Origin: a virus
Lineage: Duplodnaviria > Caudoviricetes
Length of the DNA stretch: 44,715 nt
Strand: one strand, 5' to 3'
IMG/VR virus record: IMGVR_UViG_3300037755_000740
Location: 1 to 44,715 of that record
Shown here in pieces: positions 34,688 to 43,364 of the stretch (positions are counted from its first letter, which is position 1; the number at the start of each line of letters is the position of its first letter). The position numbers and the translations under genes are program-made. Under the pieces are notes generated by a model. The model searched no databases and had not been told where the DNA came from. It saw only the letters and a program-made list of their open reading frames with translations.

Positions 34688-34981
34688 TCAGTCTCCTGTT
34701 CCACCTTGGATGAGGAGCTCGACGGGGATCGTGCCAGATGCCGTGATGCCGTAGAGATCGTTGCCGGGATAGATGACGAACGAGAAGCTGGTGGACCCGG
34801 ACGCGAGAGCGAGACCACCCGTGTCCGCGGCGATGACCGCTGAAGGACCGACCCACACGGTTCCTGCCGCTGCAGACTTCCGTAGAAGCACATGGACCGG
34901 CCAGTTCGCGTGACCACCCGTACCACTGACGATGAACGTCGCTCCCGCGGTAACGGAGATCTGGTCGTAATCAAATGCCAT
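34688..34981 (-). CDS. Small beta-rich structural protein (paralog of 20990-21250)
   Basis: TAATG coupling to portal; TVWVGP...GLALASG...LYGITAS. Confidence 0.65.
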   Translation of the reverse strand: MAFDYDQISVTAGATFIVSGTGGHANWPVHVLLRKSAAAGTVWVGPSAVIAADTGGLALASGSTSFSFVIYPGNDLYGITASGTIPVELLIQGGTGD

Positions 34982-36822
34982 TACGCGCTCCCTGCTCCTC
35001 GAGCTGACTTCTGAGTGGCCTGGTTCATCAGGCCGGATTCCGCGATCGCCATTGTTCGCTGCACCACTTCCTTGACGTGCGGCCAGTGGAACGCTTCGAG
35101 GACCGCGGTCTGGTCAAGGAACCCCATGCCACCGAGCATCATCGCGTCTTGGCGTCGTGCCTCGGAGCTGACAGGCAGCATGGAACCGGCGTTGATGAGA
35201 AGGGTGTACTTGAGGGGGACGGGATCTTCGTCGTCTGTGAGCGGGATGTAGAAGTGCTTCGCTTTCAACGTGCGAGTCGAGGCTTCACCTGTCGGACCGA
35301 CCACTGACACGATGCGAGGCTCGTCGTAGAACTCGACGATGAGTGAGGCCATGAGGTTGCCTTGATCGCGCAGTGCGTACTCGAGGTTACGGAGGGCCAT
35401 GCGTACTCGAACGAACGATGCCTCTTGAACAGAATCGAGCACGCCTTCCGAGTTGCGCGACGTAGGCGTCGAACCACGCGAGATCGCTGAGAGTCCACTG
35501 ACGGCCTCCATTCGCCCTACGTAGTACTGAATGAGCTGCATCATCACGGGCGAGAGAGTGGGTGGCTGCATCCACTCCGCGTCGTTCGTGTTCCGCATCG
35601 TGATCCGCTGACCAGGACGGTTCGTGACCTTCGTGCGTTGGATCTGCGCGCCTTGGGATTCCTTGAGGGGCGGAGAACCTACGAGCTCGATGTTCGCCTG
35701 GAGGGAGGCGAGGAGTCGGTTGACCGCGAGCTGGGACGGTGCGAGGAGCTCGACCATCGAGGTACCCCAGAATTCGCCGGTGTCGTGGACGACGAAACGG
35801 GAGTAGGGATGCCGGCCGTGGGACCAGATGTCTTCTGCCTTCTCATCCATGAGGACTCGGTTGCCCGCAACGACCACCACTCGCCAGCCGTCATGGACTG
35901 TGACATCGTCCGGGCGGGAAGTGTCATCTGATTCCTCCGTGGTGTGCTCGCGGATCCAGCATTCGAAGACCGTGACACCAGGGTCGGAGAGAAGAGAATT
36001 GTTCGCGGTGACGCGACCCTGACCGGGAAGTCCGTAACGTGGCGCGGTCGCGGGGGAGATCGCACCAGGGTTCGCTTTGGGCATACCGAAGGTTGCGGTG
36101 TCAGTACGCGTAGGCGCGACATCGACGTCTTCGGTTTGACCGCCGTTGCCGAAGAGCTCCGCACTACCCGGCCACCTGCGATCCATCTCCTGCAGTGACA
36201 TCGTCCGTGCCTCGACGACGTAGTTCCAGTCTTTCGGAGACGTGGATTGCGGGTCGGGATAGACGGTGAACGGATCAACGTGGATGAGGCGGGCGTTGCC
36301 GAGACCGTTGTCGAGGGTGTTGTCCCAGATGGTCTTGAAGAAGCCGGTGCCGTATGTCCAGCCGTCCCACACGGTCTTCTCGATCTCGTTCTCGAACTGG
36401 TTGACCTGCCACGTCGAGTTGATCGCGGTGGCGAGATCGTCCGCGGTTGAAGAGAGGAAGTCGTACGCGGGAACGCCGGCGGTGACGGACGGCGCGCATT
36501 CGAGGATCGGCCGTTGATCCGTCATCCACCCAACCATCGAAGTGACGATCGGGTAGATCTCGGGAACCTCAGGGGAAGGCATCCACGCCGGCCGGCCCTG
36601 CGTCCACGTCTTGTTCGTGATGAGCCGGTAGTTCTTCTGCCACTGAGCGACGATCGGCCGACGGGCGGCACGCGCGCGGTAGAAAAGCTCGCGGATATTC
36701 GAGGAGAGCGTGTACTCGGCTTCGGTGGGTTCAGCGGGAAGGTTGACTTCGCGCGCGTGGGGAGTCGGAGAGTCGGGGGGCGATGGGGTATTGGCTTGGT
36801 CGCGTTGATCGACCAGGGTCAC
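34981..36822 (-). CDS. Portal protein (podovirus-type)
   Basis: 613 aa downstream of terL; GTGFFKTIWD, VDPFTVYPDP, FWGTSMVELL..Q..VN, VSGLS.ISRG. Confidence 0.88.
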   Translation of the reverse strand: MTLVDQRDQANTPSPPDSPTPHAREVNLPAEPTEAEYTLSSNIRELFYRARAARRPIVAQWQKNYRLITNKTWTQGRPAWMPSPEVPEIYPIVTSMVGWMTDQRPILECAPSVTAGVPAYDFLSSTADDLATAINSTWQVNQFENEIEKTVWDGWTYGTGFFKTIWDNTLDNGLGNARLIHVDPFTVYPDPQSTSPKDWNYVVEARTMSLQEMDRRWPGSAELFGNGGQTEDVDVAPTRTDTATFGMPKANPGAISPATAPRYGLPGQGRVTANNSLLSDPGVTVFECWIREHTTEESDDTSRPDDVTVHDGWRVVVVAGNRVLMDEKAEDIWSHGRHPYSRFVVHDTGEFWGTSMVELLAPSQLAVNRLLASLQANIELVGSPPLKESQGAQIQRTKVTNRPGQRITMRNTNDAEWMQPPTLSPVMMQLIQYYVGRMEAVSGLSAISRGSTPTSRNSEGVLDSVQEASFVRVRMALRNLEYALRDQGNLMASLIVEFYDEPRIVSVVGPTGEASTRTLKAKHFYIPLTDDEDPVPLKYTLLINAGSMLPVSSEARRQDAMMLGGMGFLDQTAVLEAFHWPHVKEVVQRTMAIAESGLMNQATQKSARGAGSA

Positions 36823-36832
36823 TCAGCGGACC

Positions 36833-37240
36833 TCACAGGAACTTCTTGGCCTCACGCTCACCAGAGGCTGTCTGAGCAGCATACGTCGCATCCATCCCAT
36901 CTTCGGTGACGCCTGCCGCGACAGGGTCTCGGGGGTCAAGGGGCTGGAAGTTGTGCGGGATACCCGTGCGGAGGGAAGCCGCGTCGGAAGCAGCGGAGAG
37001 CTCGGAACGGAACTGGGCAGAAGAGGAGACGTAAGAGCCGGTCGAGGGATTGAAGCCTTCGGAGAAGCCACGGTGAAAGGAAGGGGAGGAGATGACGCGT
37101 TCGTAGATGCCGTAGCAGTCCGGGATCATGCACTCAAGAACGACTGAATCGAAGGTACGGAACCGATCGTACTCGGTGAACGTCATGTAGGCGTCGAACT
37201 CGTCGTTGCAGACACAGCAACGGAATTGGTAGGTGGGCAT
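36833..37240 (-). CDS. FmdB-like zinc-ribbon protein
   Basis: MPTYQFRCCVC...C..PDC...ERVISSP. Confidence 0.8.
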   Translation of the reverse strand: MPTYQFRCCVCNDEFDAYMTFTEYDRFRTFDSVVLECMIPDCYGIYERVISSPSFHRGFSEGFNPSTGSYVSSSAQFRSELSAASDAASLRTGIPHNFQPLDPRDPVAAGVTEDGMDATYAAQTASGEREAKKFL

Positions 37241-37527
37241 CAGAGAGTGGTACCCCACGAAGATGCTTGCTTCGCCAAATTCTTCAACTGAGCAAGTAAC
37301 TTTTCATCCACCACTTCGCCACTGACCTCCATCAGCCCAGGAATCACAAACGCAGGACGAATGACGTCATACTCTTGGTACCTTATCCACTGGAAATCGC
37401 CGTCGGCAAACTCACCGTATTCGGTGATCCAACCCGCATCTTCCTGGCGGTAACGAATGATGTTCACAACCAACGCGTCTTGATTGACGGGTATCGACGC
37501 GTTGACTCTGATCTCTGACTTCTTCAT
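37240..37527 (-). CDS. Hypothetical protein (lower GC, moron-like)
   Basis: TGATG coupling at both ends. Confidence 0.65.
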   Translation of the reverse strand: MKKSEIRVNASIPVNQDALVVNIIRYRQEDAGWITEYGEFADGDFQWIRYQEYDVIRPAFVIPGLMEVSGEVVDEKLLAQLKNLAKQASSWGTTL

Positions 37528-37559
37528 CACAGGTCTCCCATCTGGTCTTCCCAACTGAC
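37525..37559. repeat. 35-bp direct repeat copy A (duplicate of the terL 3' end)
   Basis: 32/35 identical to 37746-37780. Confidence 0.9.
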
Positions 37560-37748
37560 GCCCCGCTGGCTTTCGACGAAGGCGCGTACGGCTGCACGCA
37601 TCTTGAAGAAATTGTCATAACCGACCGTCCCCGGCTTAACGGCGGCCAAGACGGGTTTCAGTTCGTCAGGTAGCTCACGTCGAATGACTCGACTGAACTC
37701 AAAATCCGAACAGCCACACAGATATAACGTCGTGTTTGTCACACCCAT
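37527..37748 (-). CDS. Hypothetical protein ending in the same VSWEDQMGDL as TerL
   Basis: TGATG coupling at both ends; lower GC. Confidence 0.65.
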   Translation of the reverse strand: MGVTNTTLYLCGCSDFEFSRVIRRELPDELKPVLAAVKPGTVGYDNFFKMRAAVRAFVESQRGVSWEDQMGDL

Positions 37749-37780
37749 CAGAGATCTCCCATCTGGTCTTCCCAACTTAC
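37746..37780. repeat. 35-bp direct repeat copy B (terL 3' end)
   Basis: CATCAGAGATCTCCCATCTGGTCTTCCCAACTTAC. Confidence 0.9.
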
Positions 37781-39382
37781 ATATCCGCTTGGATCGTGAC
37801 CACCCATCAACGCTTCGACGTCGATCCGTTCAGTCTGTCCTGTGTACGGCATCAACGGCGGCTCGAGATGATGAGCACCATTCGCGATCGCGAGTGCCAT
37901 CACCGTGTCGTCGTGGCCTTCTGTGCTCGCCGGCCCGTACTCACCGTTCTCCATCGTGACATAGTCCTTCATCTCGGTGAACGTGTTGCGGTCATGGATG
38001 ACGATGCCGTGCTCGACGACCATGCGGATCAGCCACCCGACCGCGAGATCCTTCGACGCGCGGGACGTATCCCAACCCCACGTGTCGGGCATCTCGTCAC
38101 GACCAGGCGTCCGGTTGATCGTGTGGCGTCGAAAGATGTAGGGGTAGTTGATCGCCAACAGCCCGCCAAGCGTTGTCGAGCCTGGGCCGGTTGTCTCCGG
38201 GACGATGAGGCCCTCGTTGTAAAACCTCCCGAGCAACGCGACTTCCTTGGCGAAGCTTCCAGCGTCGATCTTGAGGCGGTACGTCGCGACCTGCTCCATC
38301 GTTCTCCGCGAAAGGACTTGGATGCACGCGTAATCTCCTCGTGTTGTTTTGGTTGGATCCGCGCCGAGGATGTAGACGCCCCACTCGCGATCGCGTGCGG
38401 GGTCCTTGTAGATGGTGAGCGCGCCGGTTGGATCGCGAACGAATTCGGCTTGGTCGCGACCTGAGCGGATCAGCCGTCCACGTTTGCCGACGAGGGGTTG
38501 GTAGCACTCGCGGAGATGGCCGACGGGAAAGACGTTCGTACCTGTGGAGATGAACGCCTCGTCTGGTGTAGTTGGATACTCCTGGTTGAACTTGAGTAGG
38601 TCACCTCCAGCTTTGTTGCGGATCGCCCAGCGACGCCACGCCAGCCGATCGTCACTAAGGCCCATCGCGCGGAGAGCACGTTCATCAGAGTCCAACCGCC
38701 CGAGCGCGTCATACGGAATGTCGATGTACGACGCCGTGTACTCGGGGTGACGGTGCCACGGGAAAAACAACGGGATGTAATCGGTGTCTCCATTTTCGGC
38801 TGCCTGCCATTCGTTGTAGAACCAGTTGCCCACGCCGTTCGCGGTGGACTCGATGACGATGAACGTGCCGGGCTTCTCGTGAACCGCCTGACGCATCCCG
38901 AGCATGGTTTCCTTCGGGTAGCGCCAGAACGCGACTTCAGATGCGTGAAGGAACGCGAGGGTACGGGAACGACCGGCGCGCGCGTTCTCCGCTGTCGCAA
39001 CCTTGATGGCCGAGCCGGTTTCCTGCCACGCCTTCTCGTTCTTACTCGCGTACTTCGGCGTGAAGAGGCGCGCGTACGGATAGGTGTCCCAGAAGAGCTC
39101 ACACATGCCGAGGAGATGTTGAGACGATTCCATCTCGTGTGCAATGACGAGACCACGGAACCTGTCGTTCGCGAAGGCCATCGTGAACATGAGAGCTTCG
39201 GTGACCGTGGAGATGCCGAGCTGACGAGCCTTGAGCACGATGAGGCGGACAGGCTTGCCGGCATGGAGTTTGGATTCGACGACCTCGACGTACTCCTTCT
39301 GCGCCCAGTTGAGATTGAGCGGAACGATCGCGCCGGAAGTGTCCTGGATGGAGAGCTGCTGGAGGAGAGGGGCGAGATTCAC
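37748..39382 (-). CDS. terL: Terminase large subunit
   Basis: LKARQLGIST Walker A, LHASEVAFW Walker B, ESTANG, QEYP, LGADP and HDDTVMA nuclease motifs. Confidence 0.95.
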   Translation of the reverse strand: MNLAPLLQQLSIQDTSGAIVPLNLNWAQKEYVEVVESKLHAGKPVRLIVLKARQLGISTVTEALMFTMAFANDRFRGLVIAHEMESSQHLLGMCELFWDTYPYARLFTPKYASKNEKAWQETGSAIKVATAENARAGRSRTLAFLHASEVAFWRYPKETMLGMRQAVHEKPGTFIVIESTANGVGNWFYNEWQAAENGDTDYIPLFFPWHRHPEYTASYIDIPYDALGRLDSDERALRAMGLSDDRLAWRRWAIRNKAGGDLLKFNQEYPTTPDEAFISTGTNVFPVGHLRECYQPLVGKRGRLIRSGRDQAEFVRDPTGALTIYKDPARDREWGVYILGADPTKTTRGDYACIQVLSRRTMEQVATYRLKIDAGSFAKEVALLGRFYNEGLIVPETTGPGSTTLGGLLAINYPYIFRRHTINRTPGRDEMPDTWGWDTSRASKDLAVGWLIRMVVEHGIVIHDRNTFTEMKDYVTMENGEYGPASTEGHDDTVMALAIANGAHHLEPPLMPYTGQTERIDVEALMGGHDPSGYVSWEDQMGDL

Positions 39383-39386
39383 TTGG

Positions 39387-39671
39387 TCACTTCTTACCGA
39401 GTCCGGCCTTCTTCATCACTTCACGGAGTTGGGTGCGCATGACCTCGAGCTCATCGTCTTCGCCGGCTTCCTTCTCGGTCTTCATCAACGTAGGAAGCAT
39501 CGCGCGGATGATTGCCTGCTTCTCGGTCGGGTGACCTTCGCGGAACACGCGTTCCACCTCATCCAAGGCTCGGGCACCGAGAGAACGCGCGCGTGCGGCA
39601 AGCTCAGGATCAACGACTGTCGCGATGGCAATCGCGTCAGTAACCTGCTTGGGGGTGGTGGACTTCGCCAT
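39387..39671 (-). CDS. Putative terminase small subunit
   Basis: Small helical protein directly upstream of terL; positional inference only. Confidence 0.45.
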   Translation of the reverse strand: MAKSTTPKQVTDAIAIATVVDPELAARARSLGARALDEVERVFREGHPTEKQAIIRAMLPTLMKTEKEAGEDDELEVMRTQLREVMKKAGLGKK

Positions 39672-39677
39672 CGACTA

Positions 39678-40937
39678 CTACCGACTGGGCCAGTAACGGT
39701 TCGGGGTGATGATGTTGGTCTTCTTCTGGCCGTCGATGTGCAGAGTGTCTGAGAGTCTCGGGGTGCCGTACGGGCCTGAGTTCCCCGTGTGGTACAGGTC
39801 GGAGACGTTCTGGTAGTTCCCCAGCTCGCCGCTCGTGCCCCATCGTTCGTGCACGTTGCCGGTGAACGTGATGTTCCGGCAGCGCATCTGACCCGCACGC
39901 GGTCCCTTCGTAAGTTTCGGGCCGCCGTCGATGAAGACGGCGTGTTGTGCGTCCCTGCGCGTGACCGAGTTGACGGTGAGGCCGTCGAGTTCGGCCATCT
40001 CCCCGGAGACGTGGACGGTGTACCTACCGGACTGGATGACGGAGCGGTCGAGGGTGATGTCGCCGAACAGGTTGGGTGCGTTCGATGATGTCTCAGCGTG
40101 CAAGATGCTCGACGGGATGCCGTTCCCGAACACGCAGTAGGTCAGGTGGGCGTGCAGTACCCCGTTCATCAGCAGGCCGATACGGCCGAGGTCATGGAAG
40201 TACGACCCCGCGACGAACAGTCCTTCGTTCGGCTTGTCGTTAGGCTTGATGGTGCCGGGGGAGAGTGCATCACCCCACACCCAGCCGAAGTCGCAGCCGG
40301 ACAGGTCGTAGCCGTGCACACCCGCCGCGCGTTCCGCTTCGGTCAGGTGCTTGCCGAAATCCTTGCCGTTGAACGCGTGCTGGCCTTCGAGGCAGTTCTT
40401 CGACTGGTCTTCCTTCGTCCTACCCGATGGGGAACGCCACGGCATCCCCGGGGTCTTCGGGCCGATGACCGTCATCTCGATCTTCATGCCGTGACCACCC
40501 ACCGGCGCGAGATGGGCACGCGACCGGTACCCGCCCGTTCGCTTCCCGTTGCGGTCCTTCGGTCCCTTCTCCAACTCGATGCAGAACTCCGGGTCTTTCA
40601 TCGCACGTTCGATGTCGCGTTCCACCGCACCGTCGTGACCCCGTCCGAGGGTGGAGAAGTAGAACCCCGCTCCCTTGTCGGCGATGATATGGATGTGTTT
40701 CCCGTACCGTCGACCGCCGAGCCCGTCCATGTACGGGGCATAGGTTGAGACGGCGTGCAGCATCTCGGGGATGCGGACGATCGTCGGTTCGTCGTGGGTG
40801 CCGTTCGGGACGAGAGGGGAGCCTTTCGCCACGCCGGCCATGAGTGCGCGTTGGAGGGTCTTCGACCAGTCGGGTCGGCCACGGTTGGAGTCGAGGCCGG
40901 TTGTCTTCGCGAGGTCGAGCAGGTTCAGTTCGCTCAT
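39678..40937 (-). CDS. Right-handed beta-helix (pectate-lyase-like) protein
   Basis: D.SKTLQRAL cap; WGDAL, SYFHDLGRIGL, NITFTGN beta-helix repeats; ATGA overlap start. Confidence 0.6.
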   Translation of the reverse strand: MSELNLLDLAKTTGLDSNRGRPDWSKTLQRALMAGVAKGSPLVPNGTHDEPTIVRIPEMLHAVSTYAPYMDGLGGRRYGKHIHIIADKGAGFYFSTLGRGHDGAVERDIERAMKDPEFCIELEKGPKDRNGKRTGGYRSRAHLAPVGGHGMKIEMTVIGPKTPGMPWRSPSGRTKEDQSKNCLEGQHAFNGKDFGKHLTEAERAAGVHGYDLSGCDFGWVWGDALSPGTIKPNDKPNEGLFVAGSYFHDLGRIGLLMNGVLHAHLTYCVFGNGIPSSILHAETSSNAPNLFGDITLDRSVIQSGRYTVHVSGEMAELDGLTVNSVTRRDAQHAVFIDGGPKLTKGPRAGQMRCRNITFTGNVHERWGTSGELGNYQNVSDLYHTGNSGPYGTPRLSDTLHIDGQKKTNIITPNRYWPSR

Positions 40938-41137
40938 TGCCCGTCCTTGTCTGGAAGCCAGCTGGTGTGCATTCCCCACTTGTCAATCCCGCCGTGTCTG
41001 CCGTCGTGGCCGCTTGGCAGTTCGCAACGAGCAAGCAGCCCACCGGAGTAGCACTGCCCTGCACCGCATCGATCGATACCGAGTTTGGCCTTGATGAGCG
41101 CCAGGTCATCTTTGATCAAACCGAGTTCGCCGTTCAC
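40934..41137 (-). CDS. Small Cys/His protein
   Basis: CELPSGHDGRH...W motif; coupled overlaps. Confidence 0.65.
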   Translation of the reverse strand: MNGELGLIKDDLALIKAKLGIDRCGAGQCYSGGLLARCELPSGHDGRHGGIDKWGMHTSWLPDKDGQ

Positions 41138-41373
41138 AACTCACGCTCCTCATCTGAGAGGGAGAGACCAACCGGAGCTTCGGGCCACGAGAATCGACAA
41201 CGCTCACACACGCGCAGAAGGTGTTCAGGAGGACACACGGAACAGTCGGGTCGAAGACATCCTGCCAGCCGGTAGTGCGTCGCCACAGTCTCGAACCCGC
41301 ACTTCTCGCACTCAGCCATCGCGTCGAAGCGAGGGAACGGTTGGTCAACGCGTCGAACTGCTCGCGCGGTCAC
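41134..41373 (-). CDS. Zinc-ribbon protein
   Basis: CEKCG...EHLLRVCERCRFSW. Confidence 0.7.
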   Translation of the reverse strand: MTARAVRRVDQPFPRFDAMAECEKCGFETVATHYRLAGCLRPDCSVCPPEHLLRVCERCRFSWPEAPVGLSLSDEEREL

Positions 41374-41555
41374 TGGTCTCCCCCAACCGAACGGTCCGAC
41401 TCACGCCCTGAACCTCCGCACTTCGGGCAGCGGCGATACATGGCGTACAGCTCGTTCCCCGTGCCGTCACACCACTCGCATCGGTCGGCCTTGGGGATCT
41501 TCGCTTGACGGGCCAAATCCTGAGCGATGCCAGCATGTTCGCTTTGCGGGGTCAC
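41370..41555 (-). CDS. Small protein with DnaJ-type CxxCxGxG repeats
   Basis: CEWCDGTG and CPKCGGSG. Confidence 0.7.
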   Translation of the reverse strand: MTPQSEHAGIAQDLARQAKIPKADRCEWCDGTGNELYAMYRRCPKCGGSGRESDRSVGGDQ

Positions 41556-41577
41556 TGGTCTTCTCCCCCAACCCGCA

Positions 41578-41832
41578 TCAGAAATCCACCATGCGGTCGA
41601 GTTGCATCGTCACGCTGCCAGGAGGCAGGTCCGCCCAGCCATCGAGCCGAGCGACGTCCTCGACTCCGTTGGCGATGCAGTTGAACGCCCAGTGACGCAG
41701 CACGTCCTCTCACTCTCGGAGGTCGTAGTAGCTGTCCCTAAACCCATCGACGTTCTCAGTAGCGCGTGTCACCGCGCTCTCGTCGTTCACATCGATGGTC
41801 ACAACAACTCTGGCTTCGACCTCTTCGCTCAT
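41578..41832 (-). pseudogene. Hypothetical phage gene interrupted by an in-frame TGA (41710-41712)
   Basis: MSEEVEAR...YYDLRE*EDVLRHWAFNCIANGVEDVARLDGWADL...; frame stays open with high GC3 after the stop. Confidence 0.65.
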
Positions 41833-42341
41833 TGGTTCGGTTCCTCCCCGAAAGCCAGCGGTTCGAGCGGCTGATCGGAACGCACATAGAGCGGGTGTCG
41901 TGGATGGCCCGCCTTCGTGATGCCGAGGCACACCAGCTCGCGATCGTACCGACGGGCGATGTCGCTGACCCACGGAGCCTTGGTCTCGACAAGCGGGTGC
42001 GCGCCCCACGCTGCGATGACGAGCGCGTGCCCTCGGATCTCCCGCCGAAGGGTTGCGTAGTTCTCGTTCCCGACCGGGTCGTGATGCTCCACCAGGTGAC
42101 CGGGCCGGGTTGCTCGAAGCGCGTAAAGGTTAACGACCTTGAGCGCACCGGCACCCTCGCGGTCAGCGAACCCGATGCAGCGCCGAATGGTCGGGTCATC
42201 GACCGACGCGTCCGCCATAGACGGGTTGAGCATGACGAATAGGGCGGTGGGACCGTCGGCCCATCGACGCCAGAGCGTGTACCGGTACTGCTTGTCCGGG
42301 GAGATGTCGGCACCGGCCTGGGACCATCGCGGCTCACCCAT
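41829..42341 (-). CDS. DUF1643 family protein
   Basis: YRYTLWRRW...FVMLNPS.AD...DDPTIRRC..FA, NLYALRATRP, IAAWG, GHPRHPLY. Confidence 0.9.
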   Translation of the reverse strand: MGEPRWSQAGADISPDKQYRYTLWRRWADGPTALFVMLNPSMADASVDDPTIRRCIGFADREGAGALKVVNLYALRATRPGHLVEHHDPVGNENYATLRREIRGHALVIAAWGAHPLVETKAPWVSDIARRYDRELVCLGITKAGHPRHPLYVRSDQPLEPLAFGEEPNQ

Positions 42342-43305
42342 CGGTCGCTGCCGGGCTTGGTGGCTCTACGAGAAACCGGCCGTGCTCGATCACAAGCTGA
42401 ACCCCCGCTGGGACGGTCCGCGTCGTCCAACCGTCCTGACCCATCGCGACCGTTCTGATTGCCACCTCGCCATCACCGCTCAGGTCCTCCGTCCAGATCA
42501 CGATGCCAGCGCCTACCCACGTATCACCGACCTGCACCTCCGACGCGTTGAGAAGTCGCTGCGCCGGGCTTGGTGGCTCTACGAGAGGGGCCGCCAGGTC
42601 TTCGGCTAGCTCTCGGTCACCAATGTCGCAGCCCAATCGGTGAACCAGTGACCCGCCGAAGCTCCGCCCACCACCACAGGACTCGCAGTAGTTCCCCCGC
42701 GCTTGAGTCCATCGCTCCGTCTGGTCCTCCTGGTCTACGAGAGGGGCCGCGGGTGTCTCGGGTTGGGGAGACTCCACCGCGCAACGCTTGCACGGCTCCC
42801 ACTCCCAATCGTCGTCGCCTCGACGCACCATCGCTCCCTCCTGGCCGTGACAGGAAGGGCAGTTGCAGATCGGGCAAACTGCCGACGACCACTCGGGTCC
42901 GTAGGGACGATCCACCAGAGCTACCTTGTGCTCTGGACAGACCAGCCCGCTCGGGCTTGGCGGCTCCCGCGGTGGTGGGGTGTCTCCGAGAGCAGCCCGG
43001 GCGGCTTCGATGTTCGTTCTGGTGGTGAGCGGCGGCGTCTGAGCGAACGGTTCCAGCGCGGCTTCGAGGGTATGGACACGCTCCCGCAACGCCGCGTAAT
43101 CGGCTTCGAGGGTGTCGATGGTCACGAAGTTGCCATCGCGCTCGCGGCATGTCTCCGCGAGTTGGCCGAGGAGTTGGGGTACCAACTCCGCGAGGGCGTC
43201 ACCCGCGGCCTTGGTCTTGGCTTCGACCGTCGCGTGATACGGCTCGTACGTCCGCTGTTCGCTCCACACTTGCACGGCTTGTCGGGCTGTCTCGGGGTCA
43301 ATCAT
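42334..43305 (-). CDS. Modular hypothetical protein (coiled coil, Zn-finger modules, repeated PLVEPPSP linkers)
   Basis: ATG 43305 with GGAAGG RBS and TGATG coupling; several CxxC; internal DNA repeats. Confidence 0.7.
   Translation of the reverse strand: MIDPETARQAVQVWSEQRTYEPYHATVEAKTKAAGDALAELVPQLLGQLAETCRERDGNFVTIDTLEADYAALRERVHTLEAALEPFAQTPPLTTRTNIEAARAALGDTPPPREPPSPSGLVCPEHKVALVDRPYGPEWSSAVCPICNCPSCHGQEGAMVRRGDDDWEWEPCKRCAVESPQPETPAAPLVDQEDQTERWTQARGNYCESCGGGRSFGGSLVHRLGCDIGDRELAEDLAAPLVEPPSPAQRLLNASEVQVGDTWVGAGIVIWTEDLSGDGEVAIRTVAMGQDGWTTRTVPAGVQLVIEHGRFLVEPPSPAATDG
42350..42373. repeat. 24-bp direct repeat (second copy 42563-42586)
   Basis: GCCGGGCTTGGTGGCTCTACGAGA, identical in both copies. 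Confidence 0.9.
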
Positions 43306-43364
43306 CAGATCTGCCTTCCCGGGCCGTACCTGCCGAAGCGCGTCAGGTTGACGAGTGAAATCAT
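43305..43364 (-). CDS. 19-aa mini-ORF coupled at both ends
   Basis: ATGA overlap with the upstream stop, TGATG overlap with the downstream start; MISLVNLTRFGRYGPGRQI. Confidence 0.4.
   Translation of the reverse strand: MISLVNLTRFGRYGPGRQI

Noticed and set aside
37525-37780. Repeat pair as a diversity-generating retroelement TR/VR
   Set aside because: Too short, mismatches are not confined to adenines, and no reverse transcriptase is present
41710-41712. Genome-wide TGA recoding
   Set aside because: TGA is the normal stop in many ATGA/TGATG gene overlaps; only one interrupted gene was found
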